From: an uncultured Thermoplasmatales archaeon
GTDB lineage: Archaea; Thermoplasmatota; E2; DHVEG-1
Assembly (NCBI GenBank): GCA_964618505.1
Contig: CAZUBH010000012.1
Location: forward strand, 2,288-66,287
DNA length: 64,000 nt
Direction of reading: 5' to 3'
Below, piece by piece: positions 49,080 to 59,771 of this stretch. A program made the translations under genes and the position numbers. The stretch's first letter is position 1. Every line of letters starts with the position of its first letter. The notes beneath the pieces are model-generated. The model ran no database searches. It had not been told where the DNA came from and was given only the letters and a program-made list of their open reading frames with translations.

Positions 49080-50105
49080 TTGAAAAAACTAACATATTCA
49101 GATAGTGGCGTTGATATAACTAAGGAAGAAATAGCAATAAAAGCCATTACTTCCACACTAAAATCTCATAGAAAAGGATTAGGTAAACCTATGGGTGGCC
49201 ATTATGCAGGAATGATAGATTTTGGAGAATATGCACTTGTTTTATGTACGGACGGTGTTGGTAGCAAGGTTTTAATTGCCTCACAAATGAAAAAATGGGA
49301 CACCATAGGAATTGATTGCATAGCAATGAATGTTAATGATGCTATTTGTGTTGGTGCAGAGCCTCTTGCATTTGTTGATTATCTGGCGATAGACGCCCCA
49401 AAAAAAGATATCACAAAAGAGATAGGAAAAGGGCTTGAAGAAGGGGCTAAACAATCTAATATCTCAATTATAGGGGGAGAAACGGCATCTCTTCCAGAAA
49501 TTATTAATGGCTTTGATCTTGCAGGAACTTGTCTTGCGTATGTAAAAAAAGATAAAATTATAACTGGAGAAAAAATAGAAGAAGATGATATAATTATTGG
49601 ACTTCCCAGCAGCGGAATTCATTCAAATGGATATTCTCTTGTTAGAAGAGTGATAAAAAATAATAATTTTTATTACAAGAACAAATTTCCAGATAATTTT
49701 TATCCTGGAAAACTGATTGGAGAAGTACTACTTACCCCCACCCAAATTTATGTTAAAGAAGTTATTGAGCTGTTCAAAAGTGTCAATATAAAAGGTCTTG
49801 CCCATATAACAGGTGGTGGGCTTAGAAATCTTCCGAGATTGAATAAAAATGTCAAATTTACAATAGATGATCCTTTAGAACCTCAGTCAATTTTCAAATT
49901 TTTACAGAAATATGGAAATATTGACGACAAAGAGATGTACCAGACGTTTAACATGGGAATGGGTCTTGCTTTGATTGTTTCAAAAAAAGAAGTTAATAAG
50001 GCATTGAATATATTGAATAAATATTCAAAATTAAAAGCAAAAGTAGTTGGAAAGATAGAGAAAGGAAAGGGTGTCAAATTTACTAAACTTAATCTAAAGT
50101 ATTAA
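49080..50105 (+). CDS. purM: phosphoribosylformylglycinamidine cyclo-ligase (AIR synthetase)
   Basis: LVLCTDGVGSKVLIA and the overall PurM N and C domains. The TTG start follows the ORF track. Confidence 0.8.
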   Translation: MKKLTYSDSGVDITKEEIAIKAITSTLKSHRKGLGKPMGGHYAGMIDFGEYALVLCTDGVGSKVLIASQMKKWDTIGIDCIAMNVNDAICVGAEPLAFVDYLAIDAPKKDITKEIGKGLEEGAKQSNISIIGGETASLPEIINGFDLAGTCLAYVKKDKIITGEKIEEDDIIIGLPSSGIHSNGYSLVRRVIKNNNFYYKNKFPDNFYPGKLIGEVLLTPTQIYVKEVIELFKSVNIKGLAHITGGGLRNLPRLNKNVKFTIDDPLEPQSIFKFLQKYGNIDDKEMYQTFNMGMGLALIVSKKEVNKALNILNKYSKLKAKVVGKIEKGKGVKFTKLNLKY

Positions 50106-50381
50106 GCTAGTTTTCCCTATTCTTTCCAACAATAGCTTTCTTAGTCTTTGGGGGAAGGTCCTATATGCAAAAATTGCTGTGCAATTAAGCCATAGTTTTA
50201 TTTTAAAACAATTTATTAGATCTTCTATGAAGGAGGTTTTGATACAAAAAATTGAAAGGAATTCTTGAAACGATTTTTTCTTCGTTTTTCCTCCTCCATA
50301 ACTAATATCAATAGCTATATATTAAAGATTGCCTATGATACTATAGTCAATTGTCGATAATATGTATAAAAATAATATTTG

Positions 50382-51101
50382 TTAAATAAAAAATGGTACT
50401 TTTTTCTTGTATTTTCCATAGTTAGTAATTTTAGTAAGCTCTTTTTCTTCAATTTTACATACCTTAACATATTTATATATCAAAATTGGAGCAAAAATTA
50501 GTGTCAATATTGTAGGCCAGCCAACAAACCATCCTATTATTACTAAAATAAATCCAAGATACTGTGGATGTCTTGAATAGGAATAAACACCTTTTGAAGC
50601 TAAGTCGCCTGATTTTAGATTTTTATAAAGTGAAATCCATCCAAAAACTATGAAAATTGTACCAATAATAATTAGAATACTTGCATAAAACATTGCCAAA
50701 TCCATTGAAATATCAACACCTAAAAACTCAAAATGATAAACAGTGCTAGCAAGCTCAATTGTTGAGGCTCCAATATTTTTTGATACGAAAAATATAGTTA
50801 ATGGGATTCCGTACATCTCAATAAAAAGAGAAACAAAAAATGCTGTCACAATCCCATATTCCTTCCAATCTATTTTCCTTCTGAAAGAGAGTGGTATTAA
50901 AAATGTTAAAAACATTACTATGTTGATTAGAACTATATGCCACTGCTGAGTAATTACATTTGGAAGTATTGAACCAGTAATGTGAGAATAGAAGTGCAGA
51001 TAAAAATCCCTAAAAAAGATGAAAGGAATTATAAATAATAAGATAAAAAGAAATCTAATTGGCAGATTTCTGTGTTTTAAAAAAAATTTAAGGTTGGTCA
51101 T
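50382..51101 (-). CDS. isoprenylcysteine carboxyl methyltransferase (ICMT/PEMT)-family membrane methyltransferase
   Basis: Multi-TM protein. The C-terminal SRHPQYLGFIL matches the ICMT/PEMT RHPxY motif. Confidence 0.6.
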   Translation of the reverse strand: MTNLKFFLKHRNLPIRFLFILLFIIPFIFFRDFYLHFYSHITGSILPNVITQQWHIVLINIVMFLTFLIPLSFRRKIDWKEYGIVTAFFVSLFIEMYGIPLTIFFVSKNIGASTIELASTVYHFEFLGVDISMDLAMFYASILIIIGTIFIVFGWISLYKNLKSGDLASKGVYSYSRHPQYLGFILVIIGWFVGWPTILTLIFAPILIYKYVKVCKIEEKELTKITNYGKYKKKVPFFI

Positions 51102-51145
51102 TTATTTATGATTATAATCTTGAGTTAAATAAGTTTTGAAAAAGT

Positions 51146-51219
51146 AGCGGGGAGTGGATTTGAACCACTGATCTACGGGTTATGGGCCCGTCGGGATTTC
51201 CTGACTACCCCACCCCGCT
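51146..51219 (-). tRNA. tRNA-Met (anticodon CAT), initiator type
   Basis: Minus-strand read: AGCGGGGTGGGGTAGTCAGGAAATCCCGACGGGCCCATAACCCGTAGATCAGTGGTTCAAATCCACTCCCCGCT. It has a 7-bp acceptor stem with A1:U72, a T-loop TTCAAAT, an anticodon loop CCCATAA and three consecutive G:C pairs (G29-31/C39-41), all typical of archaeal tRNAi. No encoded CCA. Confidence 0.8.
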
Positions 51220-51327
51220 ATCTGGCACGTGTTCTTCGTGAATAATGTTTCTTATACTTAAATCTAGTTCCTATTATTGAGTTTCATAAAGATTAAATGA
51301 GTCCGTACATTACAAAATTTTGTTAAA

Positions 51328-51624
51328 ATGAATACTTTGAATCAGGAATTTAAAGAAAAGTTGGAAGAACTAGCCCGGCTTTCTAGTGAAAAAAATAAAA
51401 ATGACAAGCAAAAGCTATTTTCTATGATAAAAGATCACTGCTTTGAAATAGAAGAACTATACAAAAATAAAAATGATCACTGGGCAGTTGAGACCGCGGA
51501 CCTGATTGTTCTTTGTTTTGAACTATTGATTTCAGAAAATAAAAAAATTGACGATGTTTTTAGTAAGTGTCTTCCTAGATTTTATAAAAAATTAGCTTTG
51601 ATTGATGATGGGTGTGAGGCATGA
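51328..51624 (+). CDS. hypothetical small protein (possibly MazG-like all-alpha NTP pyrophosphohydrolase fold)
   Basis: 98 aa, helical. The stretch [17 protein letters not shown] is reminiscent of MazG-type helices. The call is weak. Confidence 0.25.
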   Translation: MNTLNQEFKEKLEELARLSSEKNKNDKQKLFSMIKDHCFEIEELYKNKNDHWAVETADLIVLCFELLISENKKIDDVFSKCLPRFYKKLALIDDGCEA

Positions 51625-52385
51625 TGAAAATTATTTCATGGAATGTAAATGGAATTCGTGCAGCAGACAAAAAAGGTTTGTTCAATTGGTTTAAAAGTGA
51701 ATCGCCAGACATTTTGTGCTTACAAGAAATTAAGGCACTTGCGGAACAATTTCCCCCGCACTTAAAGAATACTCCCAGATACAATGTATATATAAACTCG
51801 GCAGAACGTAAAGGATACAGCGGTGTTGCTACATATTCCAAAATTAAACCCAAATATACGAAAAAAGGATTTAGTATCGAAAGATTTGACAAAGAAGGAA
51901 GAGTCTTAATTACAGAGTTTTCAAACTTTATCTTGTTTAATATATACTTTCCGAACGGCAAAAAAGATGATGAGAGATTAAACTTCAAGCTTGATTTTTA
52001 TGATACATTTCTTGCATATGCTGACAATCTAAAAGCAGAAGGAAAAAATATTGTGGTTTGCGGAGATTTTAATACCGCCCATAAAGAAATTGATTTGGCG
52101 CATCCAAAAGCAAATGAAAATAGATCGGGTTTTTTACCAGTAGAAAGAGCTTGGTTAGATACATTTATTGACCATGGATATATAGACACATTTAGATATT
52201 TTAACAAAGAACCTGAAAACTATACTTGGTGGGACCAAAAAACAAAAGCTAGAGAAAGAAATGTTGGCTGGAGAATTGACTATTTTTTTGTTAATAAAGA
52301 ATTTTTACCTAAAATAAAAAAGGCGTTTATTTTATCAGATATTATGGGTTCAGATCATTGCCCAATTGGAATTGAAATTAGTTGA
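51621..52385 (+). CDS. xth: exodeoxyribonuclease III / AP endonuclease
   Basis: [14 protein letters not shown]-terminus, the ...LQE... motif and the C-terminal SDHCPI are the ExoIII/APE1 family hallmarks. Confidence 0.85.
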   Translation: MMKIISWNVNGIRAADKKGLFNWFKSESPDILCLQEIKALAEQFPPHLKNTPRYNVYINSAERKGYSGVATYSKIKPKYTKKGFSIERFDKEGRVLITEFSNFILFNIYFPNGKKDDERLNFKLDFYDTFLAYADNLKAEGKNIVVCGDFNTAHKEIDLAHPKANENRSGFLPVERAWLDTFIDHGYIDTFRYFNKEPENYTWWDQKTKARERNVGWRIDYFFVNKEFLPKIKKAFILSDIMGSDHCPIGIEIS

Positions 52386-52394
52386 GGAAATATC

Positions 52395-53891
52395 ATGAAA
52401 AAATCTCTTGATTTTATATACAAGCAACAAAAGGAACTATCAATTTTTGGAGGAATTGGGGCGCTTCTTGGTTGGGACCAGATGACGTATATGCCAAAAT
52501 CAGGTGCTCAAGAAAGAGCAGAACAAAGTGCACTTATTTCTCGGCTTGCACACGAGAGAGTTGTATCGGATGTTTTTTGGAAACATATAAAAAATTTATC
52601 AAAATTAGATGTGTTTGAAAGCCTATCTGAAAAAGATAAAATTGTTGTTAAAAGGCTTAAAAAAGATGTTGAAAAATCAAGAAAAATTCCTTCAGATTTT
52701 GTTCAAAGATTTTCGAAAACAACAACTATTGCTTATCAATCATGGGAAAAAGCTCGAAATAAATCTAATTTTAAATTATTTTCAAAAGACCTTCAAAAGA
52801 TAATTGAGCTTGAAAAAGAATATTGCAAATATATAGATATAAAAGGTCATCTTTACGATAATTTACTCGATGATTACGAAGAGGGAATGAATACTAAAAA
52901 ATTAAAAAATGAGTTTAATTTTTTAAAAAGGGAATTAAAAAATATTTTACAAAAAATTACTGAAAGTGATATATATCAATCACAAAAAGAATTACAACTA
53001 AAAATAAATAAAAATGCTCAACAAAAAATAGGCAAATTAGTACTTGAAAGATTAGATCTTCCAGATGATAGATTCAGAATGGATGTTTCAACTCATCCTT
53101 TCACAACATCAATGGGATATGATGATGTAAGAATTACTACAAGCTACGAAAGAGAAAATGGTCTTTTTTCTTTTTTTTCAACAATACATGAGGCAGGACA
53201 TGCTTTATACGAACTAGGGTTGCCAAAAAACGAATACAAAAATACTGTAATTTCGGATTCCCCATCATTGGGGCTTCATGAATCCCAATCTAGATTTTGG
53301 GAAAATATGATTGCAAGAAACAAAAATTTTTGGAGTTGTTTTTATCCGGAATTTAAAAAAATCTTAAAAAACGATAGTCTAGATGAATTATATAAAAATG
53401 TGAATCAAGTAAAACCTTCCTTAATTAGAGTTGAAGCCGATGAATTGACATATTGTTTACATGTAATTCTTCGTTTTGAGATAGAAGTTGGTTTAATCGA
53501 AGATAGAATTAAAATCTCTGAATTACCAGAAATATGGAATGAAAAAATGAAAAATATTTTAGGAATTTCACCCAATAATGACAAAGATGGGGTTCTACAA
53601 GACATGCATTGGAGTGGAGGTAGTTTTGGTTACTTTCCAACATATGCTATTGGATCTATATATGCATCTCAAATTTTTAATCAAATGAAAAAAGAAAATA
53701 AAGATTTAGAATCTGAAATTAAAAATGGTAATTTTGAAAATATACTATTATGGCTTAAAAAAAATATACATATTTATGGTAGGATGATAAACTCAGATGA
53801 GATAATTAAAAGATGTTGTAAAGAAGGATTAAAATCCAAAATATTTATTGATTATTTAAAGAAAAAATATTTTGAAATTTATGAAATCTAG
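52395..53891 (+). CDS. carboxypeptidase Taq-like metallocarboxypeptidase (M32)
   Basis: The HEXXH motif appears as IHEAGHALYE and the M32 motif HESQSRFWEN is present. About 500 aa. Confidence 0.8.
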   Translation: MKKSLDFIYKQQKELSIFGGIGALLGWDQMTYMPKSGAQERAEQSALISRLAHERVVSDVFWKHIKNLSKLDVFESLSEKDKIVVKRLKKDVEKSRKIPSDFVQRFSKTTTIAYQSWEKARNKSNFKLFSKDLQKIIELEKEYCKYIDIKGHLYDNLLDDYEEGMNTKKLKNEFNFLKRELKNILQKITESDIYQSQKELQLKINKNAQQKIGKLVLERLDLPDDRFRMDVSTHPFTTSMGYDDVRITTSYERENGLFSFFSTIHEAGHALYELGLPKNEYKNTVISDSPSLGLHESQSRFWENMIARNKNFWSCFYPEFKKILKNDSLDELYKNVNQVKPSLIRVEADELTYCLHVILRFEIEVGLIEDRIKISELPEIWNEKMKNILGISPNNDKDGVLQDMHWSGGSFGYFPTYAIGSIYASQIFNQMKKENKDLESEIKNGNFENILLWLKKNIHIYGRMINSDEIIKRCCKEGLKSKIFIDYLKKKYFEIYEI

Positions 53892-55100
53892 TTAGGCGCC
53901 AAACTTCTCAAGTCTTTTTGCATTAGCAAGAGCAATTGGAATTATCTCCTTTGCAGGAAGTCTTGGACCCAAAGCGCCGATTACGCAATCTCTTTCGCCA
54001 AATTTTTCTACTCTGTCTGTCCTGCAATATTTAGACCAAATCAAAACAGGAACTGGATGCCAACTATGTGATTTTAAAAGTGATGGCGTTGAATGATCTC
54101 CTGTGACAATAATTACATCTGGATTTAGAGCTAAAATTCTTGGTATTTGTCTATCAACTTCTTCAATTATTGACACTTTTTTATCAAAGTTTCCGTCTTC
54201 ACCATAACTGTCAGTCTTTTTGATGTGAATGAAAAAATAGTCGTAGTTTTTCCAATTTTCCTCAAGTGTTTTAAATTCATCATCAATTGTCTCACCGGTT
54301 TTTAGCAGGTCCATTCCTATCAACTTTGCAAGACCTCTATACATAGGATAAGCAGCAATAGCAGCACTTTTTATTCCAAAAACTTCAGGAAACAACGGCC
54401 AATCTGGTTTTTGTGAAAAACCTCGCAAAAGAGTCATGTTTGCAGGATGCTCATTTGATAAAATTTCTTTAGCTTGTCTCAAAAACTCTTTTACAATTCC
54501 CACTGTTCTTTCTGAATCTGGGTTAGTTGAAACAGGGTCTAAAGGCTTTTTTCCTACTTCTTGTGGATCTGTATCAAGTATGTTGCCAAATAGTTCACTT
54601 CCTCTAAGTACTAATAAAAATCTATGTTCTTTTACAGTTTGTACAAAAAGTTCTATACCAGGTATATCGATTTTTTCACATAAAAGTTTACATAGATCTT
54701 GATTTTTCTCAGTTGATATTCTTCCCGCTCTTCTGTCAGTAACGTTGCCATTTTCATCAATCGTACAAAAATTTCCACGGGCAGCAACATCATTTGAATT
54801 TAAATTAAATCCAATTCCTGTAGCAGCAAGAACGCCTCTACCTACCTGATATTTTGTAGGATCAAAACCAAATATTCCAAGATGGCCCGGACCAGACCCC
54901 GGAGTGATACCAGATCCGACAGGTATTTGCAATCCATTTATTCCTTCTTTTGAAAGTAAATCTAAATTTGGCGTATGAGCTTTTTCAAGTTCAGTTGGGC
55001 CGTTTTTTTCGATAGGAAGACCGCCTAAACCATCCATAACAAGCATAACAATTTTAGAATCTGATTTTTTGACAAGTTTTTTAATATCTTCAATCTCCAT
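53892..55100 (-). CDS. apgM: 2,3-bisphosphoglycerate-independent phosphoglycerate mutase, archaeal type
   Basis: MLVMDGLGGLP N-terminal motif and TGDHSTP. The start is set at MEIEDIKK rather than the longer ORF-track start. Confidence 0.8.
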   Translation of the reverse strand: MEIEDIKKLVKKSDSKIVMLVMDGLGGLPIEKNGPTELEKAHTPNLDLLSKEGINGLQIPVGSGITPGSGPGHLGIFGFDPTKYQVGRGVLAATGIGFNLNSNDVAARGNFCTIDENGNVTDRRAGRISTEKNQDLCKLLCEKIDIPGIELFVQTVKEHRFLLVLRGSELFGNILDTDPQEVGKKPLDPVSTNPDSERTVGIVKEFLRQAKEILSNEHPANMTLLRGFSQKPDWPLFPEVFGIKSAAIAAYPMYRGLAKLIGMDLLKTGETIDDEFKTLEENWKNYDYFFIHIKKTDSYGEDGNFDKKVSIIEEVDRQIPRILALNPDVIIVTGDHSTPSLLKSHSWHPVPVLIWSKYCRTDRVEKFGERDCVIGALGPRLPAKEIIPIALANAKRLEKFGA

Positions 55101-55229
55101 TGGTCTTACTCCTCTCCTCAATTCAATTTTAATTCGAACATAATTTGATTTGTTAATAAACATTATGATGAAGTCTTAAGAAAATAGATATTCTAAAATA
55201 TATAGATAAAAGATAAATACTATTTTTAT

Positions 55230-56321
55230 ATGCCAATAATGAATAAAAGAGACCATCGGATGATAAAAAAAACTGTAAAATGTCCCAAATGTGGTACGTA
55301 TATAGAGTTAACAGGTTATGTTTTGGAGGTTGCAAAAATAACTTGTCCAAAATGTGGTAAAGTTGGAAAAGTTACTTTTAAAAAATCATATTCATTTGAT
55401 GCAACAGCTATTCATGTATCTAATTTGAGAAAAGAATATGGAAATTTAATTGCAGTTAATAATGTCTCTTTTTCAGTAAGTAAGGGAGAAGTTTTTGCGT
55501 TTTTAGGCCCTAATGGTGCCGGAAAAACAACGACCGTTGAAATGATAGAATCCATAAGAAAACCAACATCTGGAGTTATAAAAATTTTAAATCTTGATAT
55601 AAAAAATCGATTTAACGAAGTAAAAAAATATATAGGAATATTGCCTCAAGAATTTCATTCTTTTGAAATGCTTACTGTTAGAGAAACCCTTCAGTATTTT
55701 GCCAATCTTTATGAAAATAGGGCGGATGTTGAAAATATCATTGAAATAATGGATTTAAAAAACCATGAAAAAAAATTATATAAAAATCTATCTGGTGGTT
55801 TAAAACAGAGAGTTGGTGTCGCGGTTTCTCTTGTTAACGACCCTGAAATTATTTTTTTAGATGAACCTACAACAGGGCTTGATCCAAAAGCCCGTCGTGA
55901 AGTCTGGCACGTCATTGCAGATTTAAGAAATAAAGGAAAAACTATCTTTTTAACCACACATTATATGGAAGAAGCTGAATTTTTGGCAGATCATATAGCA
56001 ATTATTCATAAAGGAAATATTATAGCAGAAGGAACCCTAGAAGATCTAATAAATAAATATGGTAGAGGCAATCTACTTAAAATAAAAAAATGTAAACAAA
56101 AAAATGCATTACAAATTTTAAGAAGTAAAGGATATGATACAAAATCGGAAGGCAATGGAGATATTTCAATACGAGTTGACTATAACGATAAAGTTTTAGA
56201 AGTTTTATCAACCCTGAGACATGAATGTATAAATTACTCCTCAATAGAGATTAAACGATCAAATCTAGAGGAGGTTTTTTTACAACTTACAGGTTCGAAA
56301 CTCTCGGAGGCTGACACGTGA
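55230..56321 (+). CDS. ABC transporter ATP-binding protein with N-terminal double-CxxC zinc ribbon
   Basis: N-terminal CPKCGTYIEL...CPKCGKVGKV. This is followed by Walker A GPNGAGKTT, signature LSGGLKQRVG and Walker B IFLDEPTTGLD. Confidence 0.8.
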   Translation: MPIMNKRDHRMIKKTVKCPKCGTYIELTGYVLEVAKITCPKCGKVGKVTFKKSYSFDATAIHVSNLRKEYGNLIAVNNVSFSVSKGEVFAFLGPNGAGKTTTVEMIESIRKPTSGVIKILNLDIKNRFNEVKKYIGILPQEFHSFEMLTVRETLQYFANLYENRADVENIIEIMDLKNHEKKLYKNLSGGLKQRVGVAVSLVNDPEIIFLDEPTTGLDPKARREVWHVIADLRNKGKTIFLTTHYMEEAEFLADHIAIIHKGNIIAEGTLEDLINKYGRGNLLKIKKCKQKNALQILRSKGYDTKSEGNGDISIRVDYNDKVLEVLSTLRHECINYSSIEIKRSNLEEVFLQLTGSKLSEADT

Positions 56322-57430
56322 ATCCAAGAATTATACTTTCGGATTTTAATGCAAGTTTTAAATCATGGAAACGCAGTAAAGGAACTTTGTTTTGGACTCT
56401 TGCTTTTCCCATTATTTTGATTTTACTTTTTGGTGCAATATTTTCAGGTGTTGGAGATATTGAATACGATATTCATATAATAGATCTTGATAAATCTGAA
56501 ATGTCTCAGATGCTTGTTGATGTTTTTAATGGCACAGGCGTTCTGAAAATAAAAATAATAAATAATGATATTAAAAATATAACAGAGTACATCCAGGAGA
56601 AAAATATAAAGAGATTGATTTTAATTCCTCAAGGTTACGAGTCGACAATACAAGAATCTTTTATTGACAAAAATGAATCAGTTACAATATCTTACTATTT
56701 TGATCCGAGCGAGCAACAATCAAATCAAGTTGTGAGAGGAATTGTATCTAGTGTGATTCAATCACTTAATATGAATTTATCTGGAGGAGCAGACATAATC
56801 GGAATAAATGACATAAGCACAATTACAGAAGATTTTGATTTTATTGATTTTTTTATTCCTGGAATGATTGGTTTTACTATAATGCAAACTTGTATTTATG
56901 GAAGTATTGAGCGAAATACTAAGTTTAGAAAATATGGTATTTTAAGAAAGCTTCTTACTACACCAATTACTAGAATGGAATGGATATTTTCAAAAATGCT
57001 TTTTATGCTATTTTTGTCATTTCTATCAACAATAATAATTACATTGTTCAGTGTGTTTGTTTGGGGCGTTAAAGTAAATATAAATCCTATAATGATAATT
57101 ATAATAATTTCAACGAGTTTTCTTTTTTCAGGAATGGGAATGTTAATTGGAAGATTTGTAAAAGAAGAAGAAACTGCAGATACCGCTGGAGGCGCAATTA
57201 GTTTTCCTATGATGTTTCTTGCGGGGACATTTTGGCCTCTTGAACAAATGCCTGAATTTTTACAATCATTTGCTAGAATCCTTCCCCTGTATTATGTAAA
57301 CGAAGGTTTGCGTAATGCTATGATATATATTAACCATTCAGAATCTTTGATAAATGCGTTTGTTGTTTTAGTATTTGCAATTGTGTTTTTTGTAGCAGGC
57401 GTAATTCTAACAAAATGGAGCGAGGATTAA
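56318..57430 (+). CDS. ABC-2 family transporter permease
   Basis: N-terminal TM, a large extracytoplasmic loop and 5 C-terminal TMs. It overlaps the ATPase stop by 4 nt. Confidence 0.7.
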   Translation: MNPRIILSDFNASFKSWKRSKGTLFWTLAFPIILILLFGAIFSGVGDIEYDIHIIDLDKSEMSQMLVDVFNGTGVLKIKIINNDIKNITEYIQEKNIKRLILIPQGYESTIQESFIDKNESVTISYYFDPSEQQSNQVVRGIVSSVIQSLNMNLSGGADIIGINDISTITEDFDFIDFFIPGMIGFTIMQTCIYGSIERNTKFRKYGILRKLLTTPITRMEWIFSKMLFMLFLSFLSTIIITLFSVFVWGVKVNINPIMIIIIISTSFLFSGMGMLIGRFVKEEETADTAGGAISFPMMFLAGTFWPLEQMPEFLQSFARILPLYYVNEGLRNAMIYINHSESLINAFVVLVFAIVFFVAGVILTKWSED

Positions 57431-57465
57431 TTAATATTTAAATATTAGCTATATATTGAAAATAT

Positions 57466-57858
57466 ATGGAAAAAATTAAAGTCAATTCTACTAAAAGAAA
57501 TCAGATAATTGATATAACAAATGAGATAGAAAAAATAGTTGAAAATGTCGATGATGGTTTTGTTATTGTTTATGTCCCTCACACTACAGCAGGGGTCACT
57601 ATCAATGAAGGAGCAGATCCTGATGTTCAAATCGATATTATAAATTATCTGAACAAATTAGTTCCTGAAAATGGTAATTACTTACATGGAGAAGGAAACA
57701 GTGATGCTCATATAAAAGCGAGTTTAATTGGATCTTCGGCGAGTATTATTATAAAAGATGGAAAATTGGTATTGGGCACATGGCAACATGTTTTCTTTTA
57801 TGAGGGAGACGGTCCAAGAAATAGAACAGTTTATGTTGATATTTTTAAAACCAAATAA
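57466..57858 (+). CDS. YjbQ/UPF0047 family (secondary thiamine-phosphate synthase enzyme)
   Basis: VYVPHTTAGVTINEGADPDVQ is the conserved YjbQ core. 130 aa. Confidence 0.75.
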   Translation: MEKIKVNSTKRNQIIDITNEIEKIVENVDDGFVIVYVPHTTAGVTINEGADPDVQIDIINYLNKLVPENGNYLHGEGNSDAHIKASLIGSSASIIIKDGKLVLGTWQHVFFYEGDGPRNRTVYVDIFKTK

Positions 57859-57908
57859 TTTTTTATCTAATAATTAAAAAATAAAAAGAGGGGAATATGT
57901 TTTATAAT

Positions 57909-59189
57909 TTAGTCCTCAATCTCTATATTTAATACAACTGGACCAAAGACAAAAGCATTTGCTTTGAGTTTTACTTTATTGGCGTTTTCTGCATTTGCAG
58001 AAACTTCGATTTCTATGTTTCCGAATCTTAAGAGACCAACTGAGACTTTGTCTGTTTGGATTTCTTCGTTGATGTTTATTTCATCAAATTCTCCTTCAAC
58101 ATCAACATCAATTAAACCTAGTATGCCACCCTCAACCTCAATATTCCATGATCCATTTACAGCTGCTGCGTCTCCTATATTTTTTATAGTTGCACTTATT
58201 CCACCAAATCCTCCAGAAATATTTACTATGTCTAATTCGGGTTCTTCTGGCACAGCTAAAATAGAAGCTGTTGTATTGTCTTCTGCAAATACGCCCTGAT
58301 TATCTGTTACTGTTAAATTTACTATAAATTCTCCGATAAAACTGTAGTTATGTATTGGATTTTGCTCTGTAGAGTTTGTCCCATCACCAAAATCCCACAA
58401 AAATGAATATGGTTCTTCTCCCCCATATGCCATACCTGAGAATTGAATATCTTCGCCTACAAACGCTTCATATGGACCGCTTGCATCAGCTTCTAAAGGT
58501 TCTGGTATCAATACAATTGCCCCTATGTTCCAGTTGTAATCAAGTTGGCCTGGCGGATCTGTCACATCATATATTTCACTCCAAGACGCTCCATTTGTGC
58601 TAATCCACCCACCTTTACCTCTTAACATAGGACTTTGACCAACACCTAGTGGAAATTGATCGGCTGCATGGGCAACTCTTACAACACACCAAAGATCTTG
58701 AGAACCATCAATTGAATATGGTTCATTGAGAGATACATCAAGCCATCCAGTTTCGGAAACTTCCCCCACATTAATTTGTTGTATTATGGAGCCTGGTGAA
58801 GATGAAGTGCCCTGTGATCTTAGATAAACAACCACGTTTGTCGGAGGATCTGCTGGAAGTTCACCCGCCATTTGATGATGCCATCTTATTTTTGAAATAT
58901 TCTCTCCATCATATTCTCCAAGTTCATCCGGTGTTAATCTAATGGCTCCATAAAATGTTCCTCCAGATTGAAGACCAATGGAGTTTTGATTGAGATCGCC
59001 ATCATAACTAAGATAAATTTCTGACCTATCAGAATCGCTACTTGCTTCATTTATGTTTTCCATGCTAGATAATAAAAATATTTTTTTATCTTTATTTGTA
59101 TCTGCTATAACAGCTGCTGATGTTAGAAACAACATCAGTGCTATAAACAGAACTATGGCGTTTTTAAAAATTTTTTTTCCTATTCTCAT
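57909..59189 (-). CDS. secreted protein with PKD domain and C-terminal beta-sandwich
   Basis: Signal peptide. The PKD motif reads FSGMAYGGEEPYSFLWDFGDGTNSTEQNPIHNYSFIGEFIVNLTVTDNQG (WDFGDG...H.Y). Confidence 0.7.
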   Translation of the reverse strand: MRIGKKIFKNAIVLFIALMLFLTSAAVIADTNKDKKIFLLSSMENINEASSDSDRSEIYLSYDGDLNQNSIGLQSGGTFYGAIRLTPDELGEYDGENISKIRWHHQMAGELPADPPTNVVVYLRSQGTSSSPGSIIQQINVGEVSETGWLDVSLNEPYSIDGSQDLWCVVRVAHAADQFPLGVGQSPMLRGKGGWISTNGASWSEIYDVTDPPGQLDYNWNIGAIVLIPEPLEADASGPYEAFVGEDIQFSGMAYGGEEPYSFLWDFGDGTNSTEQNPIHNYSFIGEFIVNLTVTDNQGVFAEDNTTASILAVPEEPELDIVNISGGFGGISATIKNIGDAAAVNGSWNIEVEGGILGLIDVDVEGEFDEININEEIQTDKVSVGLLRFGNIEIEVSANAENANKVKLKANAFVFGPVVLNIEIED

Positions 59190-59516
59190 AAATTTCCCCC
59201 GTGTTTTGTGATAACAAGTATCACTATTATATCTATTCTGTCTTTCATACTATTTATATTTTTCTATAATTATATAAATAAAAATTACTAAAATTAGAAA
59301 AATTTAATTATTTATATTAGAATATACAAATATATTTATTGAATTGTGTTAACATTTAACACTATTGGGGAAAAATTGTGATCTGATGTTAGTTGTTGGT
59401 ACAGTCTCAAGCATAGAAGAACAAAAGGAAGTAAAATTTATTGCAGAAGTTGTAATTATCGGAGAAAGATTCAGGTTTATTGCAAGACAAAATAAAAAAA
59501 TGAAAAAGTATTGAGA

Positions 59517-59771
59517 TTATTCTCCGGAAAGGCTTTTTGTTCCTATCAGTGTTTTTGAATCAACAATACCTTTTTTTGATCTTATCTTGTTTATTACTAC
59601 ATCGCCGATAGAGTCTATATCGCCAGATTCGATTTTAATTAGAATATCATATTCTCCAAATAAGGGGTGTATCTCTGTAACTTCTGGCATTTGTTTTAAT
59701 GCCTGATATACTTCTTTTTCTTTTAGCGGGCTTATGCTTAATAACGCAAATCCTATTGCCATATTCCCCAA
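59517..59771 (-). CDS. standalone Lrp/AsnC ligand-binding (RAM) domain protein, paralogue of 27585..27833
   Basis: ALLSISPLKEKEVYQALKQMPEVTEIHPLFGEYDILIKIESGDIDSIGDVV aligns by eye with the 27585 protein. Confidence 0.55.
   Translation of the reverse strand: MGNMAIGFALLSISPLKEKEVYQALKQMPEVTEIHPLFGEYDILIKIESGDIDSIGDVVINKIRSKKGIVDSKTLIGTKSLSGE

Noticed and set aside
59386-59514. 42-aa plus-strand mini-ORF (MLVVGTVSSIEEQKEV...) in the spacer upstream of the PKD-protein gene
   Set aside because: It has no RBS or motif and only marginal coding appearance, and is probably chance.
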